The translations under genes were made by a program, and so were the position numbers. From NCBI RefSeq assembly GCF_009914755.1, contig NC_060933.1: a stretch of 64,000 nt of DNA; one strand, given 5' to 3'. Every line of letters begins with the position of its first letter. Position 1 is the stretch's first letter. Source of the stretch: the human T2T-CHM13v2.0 reference genome, Homo sapiens. A model generated the notes under the pieces. The model was not told the origin of the DNA. It did no database searches and saw only the letters and a list, made by a program, of their open reading frames with translations. This document shows positions 26,081 to 39,284 of this stretch, piece after piece.

Positions 26081-28006
26081 ACCTTGGGCCCCAAATGACT
26101 CAGCACTAAAGTGTCTTCAGCAGGCTCCAGTCCAAAAGTGGCCTCTATGGGCACCACCTCCTGCTCTGCTGCCCTGCCTCGCTTTCCTCCTCGGCCTTCC
26201 CGGATGAATGACAGATGTCATTCCCAGGTTCCCTAACACTCAAGTCTAGCCCCTCAGTTTCTAGCAAGCATCAAGCTTCACTGTGTGTCTAGCCTCTCAG
26301 GAGTCAGACCTCAGAAGTACAGCTTGGTGTAAATTCAGAGGCAGGGAAGAAAGAAGGAAGGAAAGAAGACCCTGAGCTGGGTTCATACACATCATCGCAA
26401 TTCATCCACACCGCAGTCCTGTGAGTTATGTGCCATTGTACTCAGAAAACTGAGGCTCAAAGAGATTGAGCAACTTATCGAAGACCTCACAGGTCCTGAG
26501 AGCAGACCCTGGATTTCAAACACCTCGGAAACTCTGAAATCCATGTTACCTCTTCTATACATGAGCCCAAAATGCAGCTGTACATCAGCAAGACTGACTT
26601 CCTCTTGTGGCTTATCACTATCTCTGAATACAAGAATCCTCAAAATGTTTTATAAGCAACAGTAGCATCATGGGAATAAGTTGGCAAGTTCCCAGCATTA
26701 CTGCTTTAGATGCACTTGAACTTTTTCTCCATGTATAGAGTCAAGAATAAGGAAAAAGGATCCAAAAGAGGACAGAAATAAAATGGGACTGAGCCTTATA
26801 ATTCTTGACCAGAACAGATAATGTTGGGATTTTCCTTACTTTTTTTTCCAGACAAATCCAATAAAGACATCTGTTTCTGTTACCTAAAACCAACTTGAAA
26901 AGTTTGCTCCCTCCCACCTTAAGCGGCTTTGTATAGAGCCCACAGTTGAACATTGGCTCCTACAGCAAAGATTGATTTCAAAGTTTTTATAGTATTATTC
27001 AAGGCACGTTTGATTTCAGCCTTGGCAACCATGGGCAGAATATCAGCAATGTTCCCTGTATTAGCTATTGGAGAGAAAATACTGTGAAACTCTAAGACCT
27101 TGGTTATTGGGCCAATGAAACATTTATGCCCTGATCAGATGAAGCAAAACTTCGGCAGGGTTAGTGAGCCACCTTCCGAGTGTACCAATGAAGCTCTTGC
27201 CTGCTGTTTCAGATAAATGACTCTCATTTCACTGTTGGCTTGTGCTTGAGAAGATTATTCAATTGATTCCAGTTGTTTGCAATGCCTTGAAGGCAAATAA
27301 CGTTGTAGGATCCACTGTCCTCATAATACACTGTTTCTTTTCTAAGGAAGGTTGTTGTCTTAATACCCTAGATAACAACAGAAAATATTCTGCTTCTTAT
27401 ATTAATTTTGCTCTGGAATAAGTAAATGTAACTACCAGAATGCTAATGAGGATGTTACACTGATGTTTATTTGTGTGTTCTAATCTGTAGATAAACAGCA
27501 AGGTCTCTTTTAATTCATGATTCTAAGTCTCAGGCCACAGCAGGACAAGTATCAAAACATCTTTTCTCAATTCGGAGTTGAGATTTCTAATAAGAATTCT
27601 ATTTTCTCCATAATCATAAAATAGCACCAGGAAAAGTCAATATCTTAAAATACAGACCATTGAAAAGTAGATCTTTCTGCCCTTAACATAAACAAGCTGT
27701 AAAATCTGAAGTTAAAATTATTCCTTGTACCAACCTCCGAATTTACCCAGAGTTAACAGAAAAGTTATAGCAGTGCATGAAGCTCTGAGGTTTTGATGGG
27801 TGTAGATACAGACATCCAAAGCTGTCATTTCACACTAGTCAGAATATCAGTCATAGAAATCCCACAGGAAAAGTCACTTCTGAAGATATCTGGTCTTATG
27901 GATTAAAAAATTAAACTTTCTTATCGTTGTACCTAAACCGAAATATGCTTCCTATACAAAGAAGTTTTATTTCAAGAGTTAAGACCACCTTCCAACATCC
28001 CCCTTA

Positions 28007-28007
28007 A

Positions 28008-28042
<35 letters not shown>
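28007..28042. repeat. (AC)n(AG)n compound microsatellite
   Basis: Directly visible. Confidence 0.9.
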
Positions 28043-28043
<1 letters not shown>

Positions 28044-28771
28044 ATTGAGAGCATTAGTGGCTTTCTCCCTTAGACTGATTTTTTCTTACTGTTATTTTCA
28101 GCCACTTTGTTAACGGTGGAGTTAAAGGGCAGGATATATGTAACACCCATTTCACATACATGTTGCAACATCAGAGATGATGGTTTTCATTAAAAACACC
28201 AGTTCTAAATTCCTTCTAAAATATATTTTTAAAAATCAGTACACTTGGCACCTTGGAAATGCTGAAATGTTATCATGAATGCTGGTTACTAGTTATGAGT
28301 CAACTGAATATTATCTTCAATATAAACTATAATATTCTGGTCTGAACACTCTTCCTATCTTATCTGTATATATTCAAAGGGAGCAATTTCTCATGTTTAG
28401 CAAATTGTTCTTCAGGTAATTTGTTCTTTAGGTTTTTTGTACAAAAGTACAAAATAGTTATCACAGCAAACTTTCCAGTGTTTTTTTATTTTGAAGCTAT
28501 ATATTTTGGAGTGAACTTGGTTTTCTTTTAATTTTTTTTTTTTTTGCCATGTCAGGCTTGAGCAGGATAGCAAATATATAAATTGAGCTCTCTAATTATA
28601 ATCTCAATATATGAATTCTTGCTAATTAAAATACTTTGCACCAGCAAAAACAATTTCCACATATGTGTTTAGGTGGTAGTTAAGTAACTCCATATAAAAA
28701 TAAGGGCACTTTCCCCTCCTTTCTTCAGTGACTAGAAAACTTCCATACTTTTAAAATAATCAAATAATAAT

Positions 28772-29192
28772 TTAGAAAGCAACAGCTCTCGACTCTTTGC
28801 TGGTGCTTATCACACTGCCTTTCTTCACTCCATTCTTAGCTCTGCTAGTTCCTTCTTGTCTGTAATGATAATAAGGGAATGTGGGTGGGTCAGCTCTTCT
28901 GTGTAGGTCCCCTTTCCAAATTTGTCTTCCAAAAAGCCAACCAGATAAACAACCAAAAAATTGTGCAACAAAACACAAATAGCATTCCAACAGCTTGGGA
29001 AGTGATGCATTCACCTGAGATTAAGTGGTTTTAGGCTGTCAGTAACAAAATTCTGCTTTACTGTCTTATTAGAAAGGCAACAAATTCTTCAAAGAAACCA
29101 AGAAGTTTACAACCTTGACAAAGTCTCTCATTACCTTCCTCCTCTTATGTCTTTTCTCTCCACATTATCTGTTGTGTATCTACTATAGAAGG
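28772..29192 (-). other. Candidate spliced exons (58-bp exon 29135-29192; downstream exon starting at 29014), parent gene unidentified
   Basis: Minus-strand acceptor TTCTGCTGTATGTTTTGCAG, donor GAAG|GTAATG, 120-bp intron with TACTGAC branch-like motif and TCTCAG| acceptor. Confidence 0.35.
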
Positions 29193-29775
29193 CTGCAAAA
29201 CATACAGCAGAAATGATGGCTTGAAGGCAATTGATGTTTGTAAATAAATACACAACAGGATCCAAGCTGAAGAGGTGAACACATCAGCTGGGTGGGACAA
29301 TTCTCAGCATGTGCAAGCATAGAAAAATTCTAGCCTATGTTACATTAAAAACAATGTCACTGCATTTTTTCATGTCAAAGATTTTTTCAAAGCTAAAGCA
29401 TGTTCCTTGCTGTGCTGACCACAAACAAGTTTTAACAGTTTCGGAAGTCTGGCAAAAATAGAAAAAAAAAAAAAAAAAGCTGAAGCAACATTAAACCGCA
29501 CAATGTAAGCATTGGGCATGCACAAATTTTCAAAACAAAGGAAGGAAATCATCCCTCTCTACAACGTGGTTAGGCTGATTTTTAAGAAATAAAATGTAAG
29601 AAATCAGAAAAGCAAAGGTTAGGCACCTACATATCCAATATCTGGCACCGCGCAGAGTAGAAGAGTGAAAGAAATAATGAAGAACAAAGTGGTTACTTTG
29701 CTTCAGGAGTTCATGATCTATAGTTAGAAACCAATATAAACATTTTGGGTATATTTCAAAGAAAGAGCAAAAGCA

Positions 29776-29914
29776 GGCCGTGTGTGGTGGCTTGCACCTG
29801 CAGTAATAACACTTTGGGAGGCCAAGGTGGGAAGATTGCTTGAGCTCATGAGTTTGATACCAGCCTGAGAAATATAGTAAAACCTCATCTCTATAAAAAA
29901 ATTAATTAAAAAAA
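29776..29914 (+). mobile_element. FLAM (free left Alu monomer)
   Basis: Single Alu monomer plus A tail; TSD AGAGCAAAAGCA / AGAGCAAAAACA. Confidence 0.8.
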
Positions 29915-30119
29915 GGCAGAGCAAAAACAAATATGAAAGAAAACATTAGAAATCAGAGCTTGGGCAAAGAGTTCAACGTGAGCAAAGCAACTCTGCCCTG
30001 GGGGACCTCTGGAGCATCCCAGCTTCCTGTAGAGGCCCCACCACATGGCCCTTTCCCATCACTGGGAACCATCTTCTGTATCATGCCAGGATTTTCCCCC
30101 AAACTTCTCAACCTAATTT

Positions 30120-31040
30120 ATTCAGCCAAAACTTATATATTTCTTGAATCTTTACTAAGAGCAAGGCACTGTTCAACATAATGAAAATATGGCAATGATT
30201 TAAAACAAAAATGTTTACCCTCATGCAAATTACATTCCAGTGAGAAAAGACAGTTCATTAATAAAATAACTATGGAAAATATATAATATGTCAGAAGGTA
30301 ATAAGTGGCACAGAGAAAAATTAAGTGTGGAAGGGAGCTCAGGAATGCTGGGAGCGGGTAGATGTGAAGGTAGTTAGAATGCTCAAGGAGGGAGTAATAG
30401 GCAGAAGAATGGCCTTTCTACATGTCCATATCCCTATATGGCAAAAAGGACCTGTGGATGTGACGAAGTTATGGATCATGAGATGAGGAGATTATTCTGG
30501 ATTACCCAGGTTGGCCCAATGTCATCACAAGAGTACTTAAAAGCAAAAGAGGGAGGCAGGAGAGTCTCAGGCAAGACGCATGACAGCTAGGTTCAGAATG
30601 ATGTGGTTGCTGCCTGGAAGAGGGCCGGCGCCAAAGGATGCAGGCATCCTTTCAAAGCTGGAGAAGGTAAGAAAGTGTTCTCTCTCCCCTAGAGAGAGTT
30701 TGTGTTCCCTTAGGCTACTAGAGGTGTGCTAATTTATTCCAGCAGTCATAGAAAACTTATATAGAAGGTCTCACAGAGAAGATAACATTTGAACAAAGAT
30801 TCCAAGGAGGTGAGGGCACCAGCTATGCAGATATCGGGGGAAGAGCACTCGAGGAAGAAAAGGCAGGCAAACAGCAGGGTGCGTAGCCCATGTGCATGAA
30901 GTAGAGAACACTGGGAGTCAGAAGGCTAACAGGAGACAGGTCAGAGAGAGGGACTGGGGTGGGTCAACTCACACTCAGCCTCACTGGCTATTGTTAGAAC
31001 TTTGAGTTATTCTGAGACACTGAGTATAGGAGAGTCTATG
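30120..31040 (-). mobile_element. L2 fragments, interrupted by an MLT1 LTR
   Basis: L2-like motifs (GCAAGGCACTGTT, CCCTCATGCAAATTACATTCCAG, GATAACATTTGAACAAAGA) flanking the LTR. Confidence 0.55.
30394..30762 (+). mobile_element. MaLR solo LTR (MLT1D-like)
   Basis: GGAGATTATTCTGGATTACCCAGG..GCCCAATGTCATCACAAG and AGCAG..ATAGAAAACTTATA end. Confidence 0.7.
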
Positions 31041-31838
31041 AATATTTATAGAAATTCTGAACGTTTACAGGATGAATAAAAGTTGTATGCTAGTAAACCT
31101 ATTGGTTGGGTGGGGAGAAGCCCAGATTTGTAGCATTTGCTGATTTCCATTGTGTAAATATTTCTACTGATGGTTTGACAAACACTTCAAAAAATTTCTG
31201 GGTACTTAATTATCAGCTCCAGTAGAGTGCTGCATGTATGACACCCCATTTGCCAATTCCACACTAGATTCTACTGGGAACAAGCTGTATGAGAGTCAAC
31301 TGGCGGCAGAAATAAGGAAGTCCTCAATAAAAATCAGCATTTACTTTTGACAGATGTGAGATTCTGGAACTTATTTCTCTTTACTAGCTCTGCCTGGTGA
31401 TTAAATTATGATTTTAAAAGAAATAGTTTTAATTTCTTATTAGAATGCTGCCACCAAATAAATAAAATACATACTTTAACTATATGCAATATTGTCTATA
31501 TTATACTGTTGTCAACAGAAACATTATCAGGGGCCAACTTCATGAAAGGAGATATGTGATAGAAGATGGAGTTGTTGGAATGAAAAAAAAAGTCAAATTT
31601 TACTTTGGATCAATCAGAGGGAAGAAAGCAGACAGATAGGAAAAGAAAGGCAGGCTTAGCCAAGTTGAAGAAAGAGGCTGAACTCAGGAGGTAGTGGGAG
31701 AATAGGGTCATAGTTTGAAGAGAGCTGCGAGGCTGTTAATCTAGGTGAGGATCATAATCCCAGAAGACCCAGTCACAAACACCATAACCCTGAATGTTGA
31801 AATCCCGAAAGATCAAAATTCCTAAGGTCTAAATTCTT

Positions 31839-34231
31839 TTTTTTAATAGAGACAGAGTGAATTGGTTAATTCTCATACTCCCAATAAAGACATACACGAG
31901 CCTGGGTAACTTATTAAAGCAAGAGGTTTAATTGACTCACAGTTCAGCATGGCTGGGAAGGCTTCAGAAAACTTAGAATCATGGTGAATGCAAACAAGAA
32001 TCAAGTCACCTTGTTCACAAGGCAGCAGGAGGTGCTGAGCAAAAGGGGAAAAGCCCCTTATAAAACCTTCAGGTATCACTCACTGTCATGAGACCAGCAT
32101 GGGGTAACCACCCCCATGATTCAATTACCTCCAACTGGGTTACTCCCACAACATGTAGGGATTATGGAAACTACAATTCAAGGTGAGATTTGGGTGGGAA
32201 CACAGCCAAACCATATCATTCTGCTCCCAGCCCCTTCCAAATCTCATGTCCTTACATTTTAAAACATGATCATGCCTTTCTAACAGTCCCCCAAAGTCTT
32301 AGCTCATTCCAGCATTAACCAAAATGTCCAAGTCCAAAGTCTTATCTTAGACAAGGCAAGGCCCTTCTTCCTATGAGCCTGTAAAATCAAAATCAAGTTA
32401 GTTACTTCATAGATACAATGAGGATATAGGCATTGGGTAAATACACCTGTTCCAAATGGGAGAAATTGGCCAAAATGAAGGGACTGCAGGCCCCATGCAA
32501 GTCCAAAATTCAATGGGTCAGTCAAATCTTGAAGCTCTGTAATGGTTTCCTTTGACTTCGTGTCTCACATCCAGGTCACACTGAAGCAAGAGGTGGGCTC
32601 TCATGGCCTTGGGCAGCTCCACCCCTGTTGATTTGCAGGGTACAGCCCTCCTCCTGGCTGCTTTCACAGGCTGGTGCTGAGTGTCTGTGGCTTTTCCAGG
32701 CAATACGGTGCAAGCTGTCAGTGTGTCCACCATTCTGGAGTCTGGAGGATGGTGGCCCTCTTCTCTCAGCTCCACTAGGCAGTGCCCCAGTGGGGACTGT
32801 GTGGGGGCTCTGACCCCACATTTCCCTTCTGCAGTCACTGCCCTAGCAGAGGTTCCCTATGAGGGCTCCGTCCCCATCACAAATTTGTGCCTGAACACCC
32901 AGGCGTTTCCATGCATCCTCTGAAATTTAGGTGTAGGTTCCCAAACCTCAATTCTTGACTTCTGTGCACCCACAGGCCCGACGCCTCATGTAAGCTGCCA
33001 AGGCTTGGGGCCTTTACCCTTTGAAGCCATGGCCTGAGCTGTACATTGGCCCTTTAGCCATGATTGGGACACAGGGCACCAAGTCCTGAGACTGCACAGA
33101 GCAGCAAGTCCCTGCACTGGGCCCATGAAACCATTTTTTTCCTCCTAGGCCTCCTGGCCTGTGATGGTTTGAGTTGCCTTGAAGGTCTCTGACATGCCCT
33201 GAAGACATTTTCCCATTGTCTTGGTGATTAACATTCAGCTCCTCTTTACTTATGCAAATTTCTGCAGCTGACTTGAATTTCTCTCCAGAAAATGGGTTTT
33301 CCTTTTCTATCTCATCATCAAGCTGCAAAATTTTTAAAACTTTTATGCTTTGCTTCCTCTTGAACACTTTGCTACTTAGGAATTTCTTCTGCCAGATACC
33401 CTAAACTATGTCTCTCAAGTTTAAAGTTCCACAGATTTCTAGGGCAGGGGCAAAATGCCATCAGTCTCTTTGCATGGAAAGAGTCACCTTTACTCCAGTT
33501 CCCAACGAGTTCTTCATCTCCATATGAGACCACCTCAGCCTGGACTTCATTGTCCATATCACTATCAGCATTTTCCTCAAAACCATTCTGCAAGTCTCTA
33601 GGAAGTTCCAAACTTCCTCACATTTTTCTGTCTTCTTCCGAACCCTGCAAACTGTTCAACCTCTTCCTGTTACCCAGTTCCAAATTCACTTCCACATTTT
33701 TAAATATCCTTATCGCAATGCCCCACTACCTCAGTACCAATTTACTGTATCAGTCCATTCTCATGCTGCTAATAAAGACATAACCAAGCTTGGGTAATTT
33801 ATAAAGGAAAGAGGTTTAATTGACTCACAGTTCATCATAGCTGGGGAGGCCTCAGGAAACTTTCAAGCATGGTAGAATGTGAAGGGGAAGCAAGTCACCT
33901 TCTTCACGAGGTGGCAGGAAGGAGAAGTGCAAGCAAAGGGGGAAAAGCTCCTTATAAAACCATCAGATCTTGTGAGAACTCACTATCATGAGAAGAGCAT
34001 GGGGGTAACTGCCTCCATGATTCAATTACCTCTCACTGGGTCCCCATCATGATATGTGAGGATTATGGGAACTACAATTCAAGATAAGATTTGGTTGGAG
34101 ACACAGCCAAACCATATCTTGGGGTCTCACTTTATTGCCCTGGCTGATTTCAAACTCCTGGGCTCAAGTGATCCTCCTGACTTGGCCTCCCAAAGTGCTG
34201 GGAACACAGGCATGAGCCACCATGCCCAATC
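31839..34231 (-). mobile_element. FLAM/Alu monomer split by THE1 insertion (pieces 31839-31857 and 34120-34231)
   Basis: T-tail plus AGAGAC at left, GGGGTCTCAC...CCACCATGCCC at right; 17-bp TSD CTAAGGTCTAAATTCTT (31822-31838) / CTAAAGTCTAAATTCTT (34232-34248). Confidence 0.8.
31858..34119 (-). mobile_element. Full THE1D-like MaLR element (LTR 31858-32218, internal 32219-33745, LTR 33746-34119)
   Basis: Two LTRs ending CACAGCCAAACCATATC(A) flanking a ~1.5-kb THE1-int sequence. Confidence 0.88.
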
Positions 34232-34369
34232 CTAAAGTCTAAATTCTTAACATCTAAAATCCAGAAAATCACAATCACAGAAGAGTTGTACCACGTTAGT
34301 TGCATCGTGTTAGGTACAACTGTTGCTTTGTTTTCTTTTTATTTGGAAATTATGTATGGTTTAAGGAGG

Positions 34370-34560
34370 TCCATATGAGTGCCAAATCTACAAGGGGTGG
34401 ACTTGCAGACTTAATTTCAGGTGTCAACTTGACTGGATTAAGGAATCCCTGGAAAGCTGGGAAAGCATTATTTTGGGTATGACTGTGATGGTTTTCTCAG
34501 AAGAGATCAGTGTGTGGGTCTGAGCGGACTAGGTGGGGAAGATCTGCTGTCACTGTTTTG
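34370..34560 (+). mobile_element. ERVL 3' end/MLT2B LTR fragment carried inside Ricksha
   Basis: ACAAGGGGTGGACTTG polypurine tract followed by TGTCAACTTGACTGGATTAAGG..GCATTATTTTGGGT; a known component of Ricksha. Confidence 0.7.
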
Positions 34561-34799
34561 AATGTCTTGAATATCACAGAAGAAGTTAAAATGAAAGTAA
34601 AAAATGCACAAAATCTTGTCTGCGAAATTATGTAATCATGTACCAAGCACCTCTACACGTAGCACCATGCTTGCCTTCACAAAATGCCTTTTGTCAGGTA
34701 ATAAAAATAGTTCAACAAATTCAGTGGCCTTCTGAGCCAGACAACTTCTGGCACAGAGCTTCCTCCAGTGCTACAAGACATATTAAATCATGAACTATT

Positions 34800-35700
34800 C
34801 TTGATTAGGGATTTGACTGTCAAAAAAGATAAACATATTTGTTTAACATAACAAAACTGGTGCATGTTTCACTTTGGCTGATGAACGGCACTTTCAAAAC
34901 TGTCCCCAGTGGGTTTTTTAAATCAACTTTTTGCAGTTTATGCCCCCATTGGATTACAAAATTCTGTAATTTAAACTGCATGTTTATGGTTTAATAACTG
35001 GAAAAAGTGAAGTACTTTATAAAAGCTTATTTGAAGATTTGGATGGCTTTGCAGAAGAAAATAGATTTCAATTGGATCCCCAAGTTATAATGACAAGTTT
35101 TTAATTAGGTGTGATCAAGGCTTCTAAAAGTGAATTGCAAGTTGTTACCAGTAAAGTTTATATCTTCCATTCAGCCCAGCTCATTTGCCAGAAAATTCAG
35201 GTGAGTGGATTGGCCAGGCCATATGGCAATGATGAAAATTTTAGTTTAAAAATGTGTCATTTGTCTGTATTGGCATTCCTTCCACCTGATAAAATTCCAG
35301 GAGCTTTTGATAAATTAAAACCACAATTGCCTGAAGAAGCCAGAAATATTACATGCTGATTTGAAAATAATGATGTGCAAGGTAGGATAAGAAGTCATTT
35401 AGGCAACGGTGTTGCTGTTCAATCAAGAGTATTGTTTCTGCCAAATGAGTGGCCTGTATATGAGGGCCTGCAAAATGGATTTCCACATACTCAAAACAAT
35501 AGACAAAAATGGCATAGAAGATTGGAAAATGTAACAGGAAATGCTCATGTCAGTGTGTATCAAATTATAGAAGAATTTCAAAAAGAGCAGTGCCATGTAG
35601 AAAATGAATGTGAATGTATTTTATGAGAGTCAAATCCTAAAAACAAAAAAGGCAAGAATTCATCGTGATGCAAGACTTCAAAATATAGTTAATGATCATG
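34800..35700 (+). pseudogene. MULE transposase remnant
   Basis: WLMNGTFKTVP (DGTF-like), YIFHSAQL (CxFHxxQ-like), FPHTQNN..KWH (RTNNxxExWH-like) across ORFs 35111-35359 and 35375-35626. Confidence 0.75.
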
Positions 35701-36447
35701 AAAGCCAGCCAGCTATGATGAACTCTGCAATTGCTCATAATCTATCCATGTAATATACTTTTTATATGTCAATTTTCTTTTTAGTGTTTCTTTTTCCATT
35801 TTTTCCACTAATTTAAATTGTCAGCATTATTTTTTACAACTTGCTACGCTATGTATTTCATCTTAGTATCATTTCCAATACTGGAGGTATAAATTTTGCA
35901 AAGACTTTTAGAGAGTTCTAATTTGTTTTATGAGTTTTTTTTTTGCAAATTTGACTCCACAAGAGTGTATTATCACAACACTGACTTTGTGTGTAAGCAT
36001 TGTACATGTACATAAAAACATTAAAGTTTCCTCAATAAATGAGAAGAGATCCTTTTGCACATTTGCATTTGGGAAAAGAAAATTCCTTAGGATCTCAGCT
36101 CTTTGACTGAATATTAGATGGTGACACATCCCAGCTTTTGATGAATCTGGTCAAAAGACTTAGGTTGTCCGTCACAGTATTCCAGATGACCTAAGTTATA
36201 AAGCTGAGTGCACCCAGTTACCAACCATGCTTTTATATATTTTGCTTTTTGACCCATTTCTTTACAAATACAACTCATCTGCTCATTACCATTATACCCG
36301 TGAAACTATCGTTAGCATACCTGAGTTTTACGCTTGCAAATATATGCATGTTATTATTGCCTATTGATTGTGTAAAGTGGCCTAGGAAGGGTTCTGTTGT
36401 GTTTTTATACGTTTCTCAAATAAATTCCATCTTAAAAATATAAATAA

Positions 36448-36749
<302 letters not shown>

Positions 36750-38254
36750 AATAAATTCTTCTTAAAGAATGTGTTAATAATTTTTTTCCAGAATTGTATT
36801 TTGAGAATTTTGTTTTTTTAGGATTGTAATTTTCAGGATTTTAGACTGTACAGATTTAGATCTTATGGGACTTCAACATTTGGGATTATGACGTTCAGGA
36901 TTGTGTCTTCCTGGGCTGTGGCCCAAACCCGTGTGGTCCAACACTATTTCACATGAGAGGAAAGCAAACCACGTGCACAGATGCAATGAAGGCTTAAATG
37001 GGCGTCACGTATAGATTATATCCCAGGAAAACATGATTATGATGATACATGGCAACTTTTTTTCCCAGTGAAACAGATCCACATTCTTTTTCTTGTGTGG
37101 AATTAAACACAATTTCTGAATCAATGTAAGTGAATGCAAATCACCATGTTCACTTAGCTGATGCTCCTTTATTAACAGGAATAGAAGGGAGGTCATTCGA
37201 AGAGATGATGGCGTGGGACCCAGGACCTGAGGAAGCTGCAGTGGGTGAAGGGGAAAAACAGAGGAGCAGGGGCTGGAGAAAGAGTGGGGAGTCATCAACT
37301 ACCCTCCTTACTCCTGGTGTCTGGTGTTCGGAACCCAGAGGTCTTCTCTAGGGCCTCGGAGAAGCTTCCAAGTCTGTTCATTTCTCTTTCCCCACCGCTG
37401 CTTGTATCACAAATAAAGAAATTATTGACAACTGAGCTCCTGACTAGGTGGCATGATTTTAGGGACCCTTCACCTCAACCGAGCCTCATGAAGGTAGTGG
37501 GAGTCCCATGGGTTAGTTAGCAATAGTCCTTGAGATTATTTGGTCATATAAATAATCAGAAAACTCATAGTCATCTTTCTTTTCTCATAATGCCCAGCTG
37601 GGGGATGGTGGGGGCAGGGAGGACTGGAGTGAGAAGAGATAGAACCAGAGCTGGCTTTCATGTATGGGGCTCTCCAGAGCAATCAGGACTAAGTACAACC
37701 AAGAGGGGTCTTGAAGCAGCTCTGGCGAGGGCAGCCTGGGCTTAGGCCCCAGCTCACACCAAGCATGTCACCTGTCGGACTGGAAGCTTAAGCAATGTGT
37801 TTCTGTTTTTGTTTTTGTTTTCTGGTAAAGAATTCAACGTCATTAGCTACATTCACAATGCTGTGCAGTCATCATCACTATCCATTTCCGAAACATTCTA
37901 TCATCCCAGACAGGAACTCGGTGCCCATTAGACACTAACCTCGCCCATTTCCACCTCCTGCCAGTCCTGAAAACCTCTATTCTACTTTGTGTCTCTATTA
38001 ATTTGCCTGTTCCAGGTTCTTCATATAGATGGAATCAGGTAGTCTGTGTTTGACGTCTCACTTAGCATAATGTTTTTATCTATGTGGTAGCAAGCATCAG
38101 AATTCCTTCCCTTTTCAAAGATCACTAATATTCCATTTTATGTCTATACCACATTTTGTTTATCCATCTATCCCTCAATAGACTTTTTAGGTTGTTTCCA
38201 CTTTGTGGTTCCTGTAAATAAGGCTGCTGTGATGCTGCAATGAACACAGGTGTA

Positions 38255-39031
38255 GCAGGCAGGTGTGGTGGCATGCGCCTGTAGTTCCTGCTACTCAGGC
38301 ATCTGAGGCAGGAAGATCACTTGAGCCCAGGAGTCCTGAGCTGCAGTGTGCTGTGTTGATCAGATGTCTACACGAAATTAGACATTAGTACAGTGACCTC
38401 CTGGGATAAGGGACTACCAGGTTGCCTAAGGAGGGGCAAACCGGCATGGATTGGAGACAAAGCAGGGCACAACTCCCAGTTTGACCAGCAGGGGGTCATG
38501 CCTGTGGACAGCCCCGCAGCAGGGAGATCGTGCCTGTGGACAGCCCCGCAGCAGGGAGATCGTGCCTGTGGACAGCCCCGCAGCAGGGAGTTCGTGCCTG
38601 TGGACAGCCCCTCAGCAGGGAGATCGTGACTGTGGACAGCCCCTCAGCAGGGGGTCATGCCTGTGGACAGCCCCGCAGCAGGGGGATCATGCCTGTAAAC
38701 AGCCCCACAGCAGGAGGATCATGCATGTAAACAGCCCCACAGCAGGGGGTCATGCCTGTGGACAGCCCCTCAGCAGGGGGTCGTGCCTGTGGACAGCCCC
38801 GCAGCAGTGGGTCGTGCCTGTGAACAGCCCTGCAGCAGGGGTCCGTGCCTGTGGACAGCTCCGCAGCAGGGGGATCATGCCTATAAACAGCCACGCAGCA
38901 GGGGGTCATGCCTGTGGACAGCCCCGCAGCAGGGGGTCGTGCCTATAAACAGCCCCTGCACTCCAGCCTGGGAAACATAGTGAGAGCCCATTTATTAAAA
39001 AAAAAAAAAAAAAGGGGGGGGGGTGGGGAGA
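38255..39031 (+). pseudogene. RN7SL: Processed 7SL (SRP RNA) retrocopy with internal VNTR expansion
   Basis: Alu-domain start, S-domain GTGACCTCC..ACCAGGTTGCCTAAGGAGGGG..AACCGG, 3' CTGCACTCCAGCCTGGG, A-tail; perfect 13-bp TSD GAACACAGGTGTA (38242-38254, 39032-39044). Confidence 0.9.
38486..38958. repeat. 31/32-bp GC-rich minisatellite, 15 units, derived from 7SL
   Basis: CAGCAGGGGG(A)TCRTGCCTGTGGACAGCCCCG repeats; 7SL counterpart CAGTAGTGGGATCGCGCCTGTGAATAGCCACTG. Confidence 0.92.
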
Positions 39032-39284
39032 GAACACAGGTGTACAAGTATCTATTTGAGTAACTGCTTTCCATTCTTTTGAAGATAGATATAGGTAGAT
39101 AAAGATACAGATATAGAGATTTATAGATGTGAGTGGGATTACTGAATCATATGGTAATTCTATGTCTAAATTTTTGAGGAACGGTATGTTTTCCACAGCT
39201 GATGTGCTATTTTTCATACCCACCCTCAATGCACAAGAGTTACAATTTTTCCACATCCTTGTCAGCACTCGTTATTTTTCTGGG

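Noticed and set aside
38393-38980. Overlapping repeat-peptide ORFs (CLWTAPQQG...)
   Set aside because: Translations of the 31/32-bp VNTR cycling through frames
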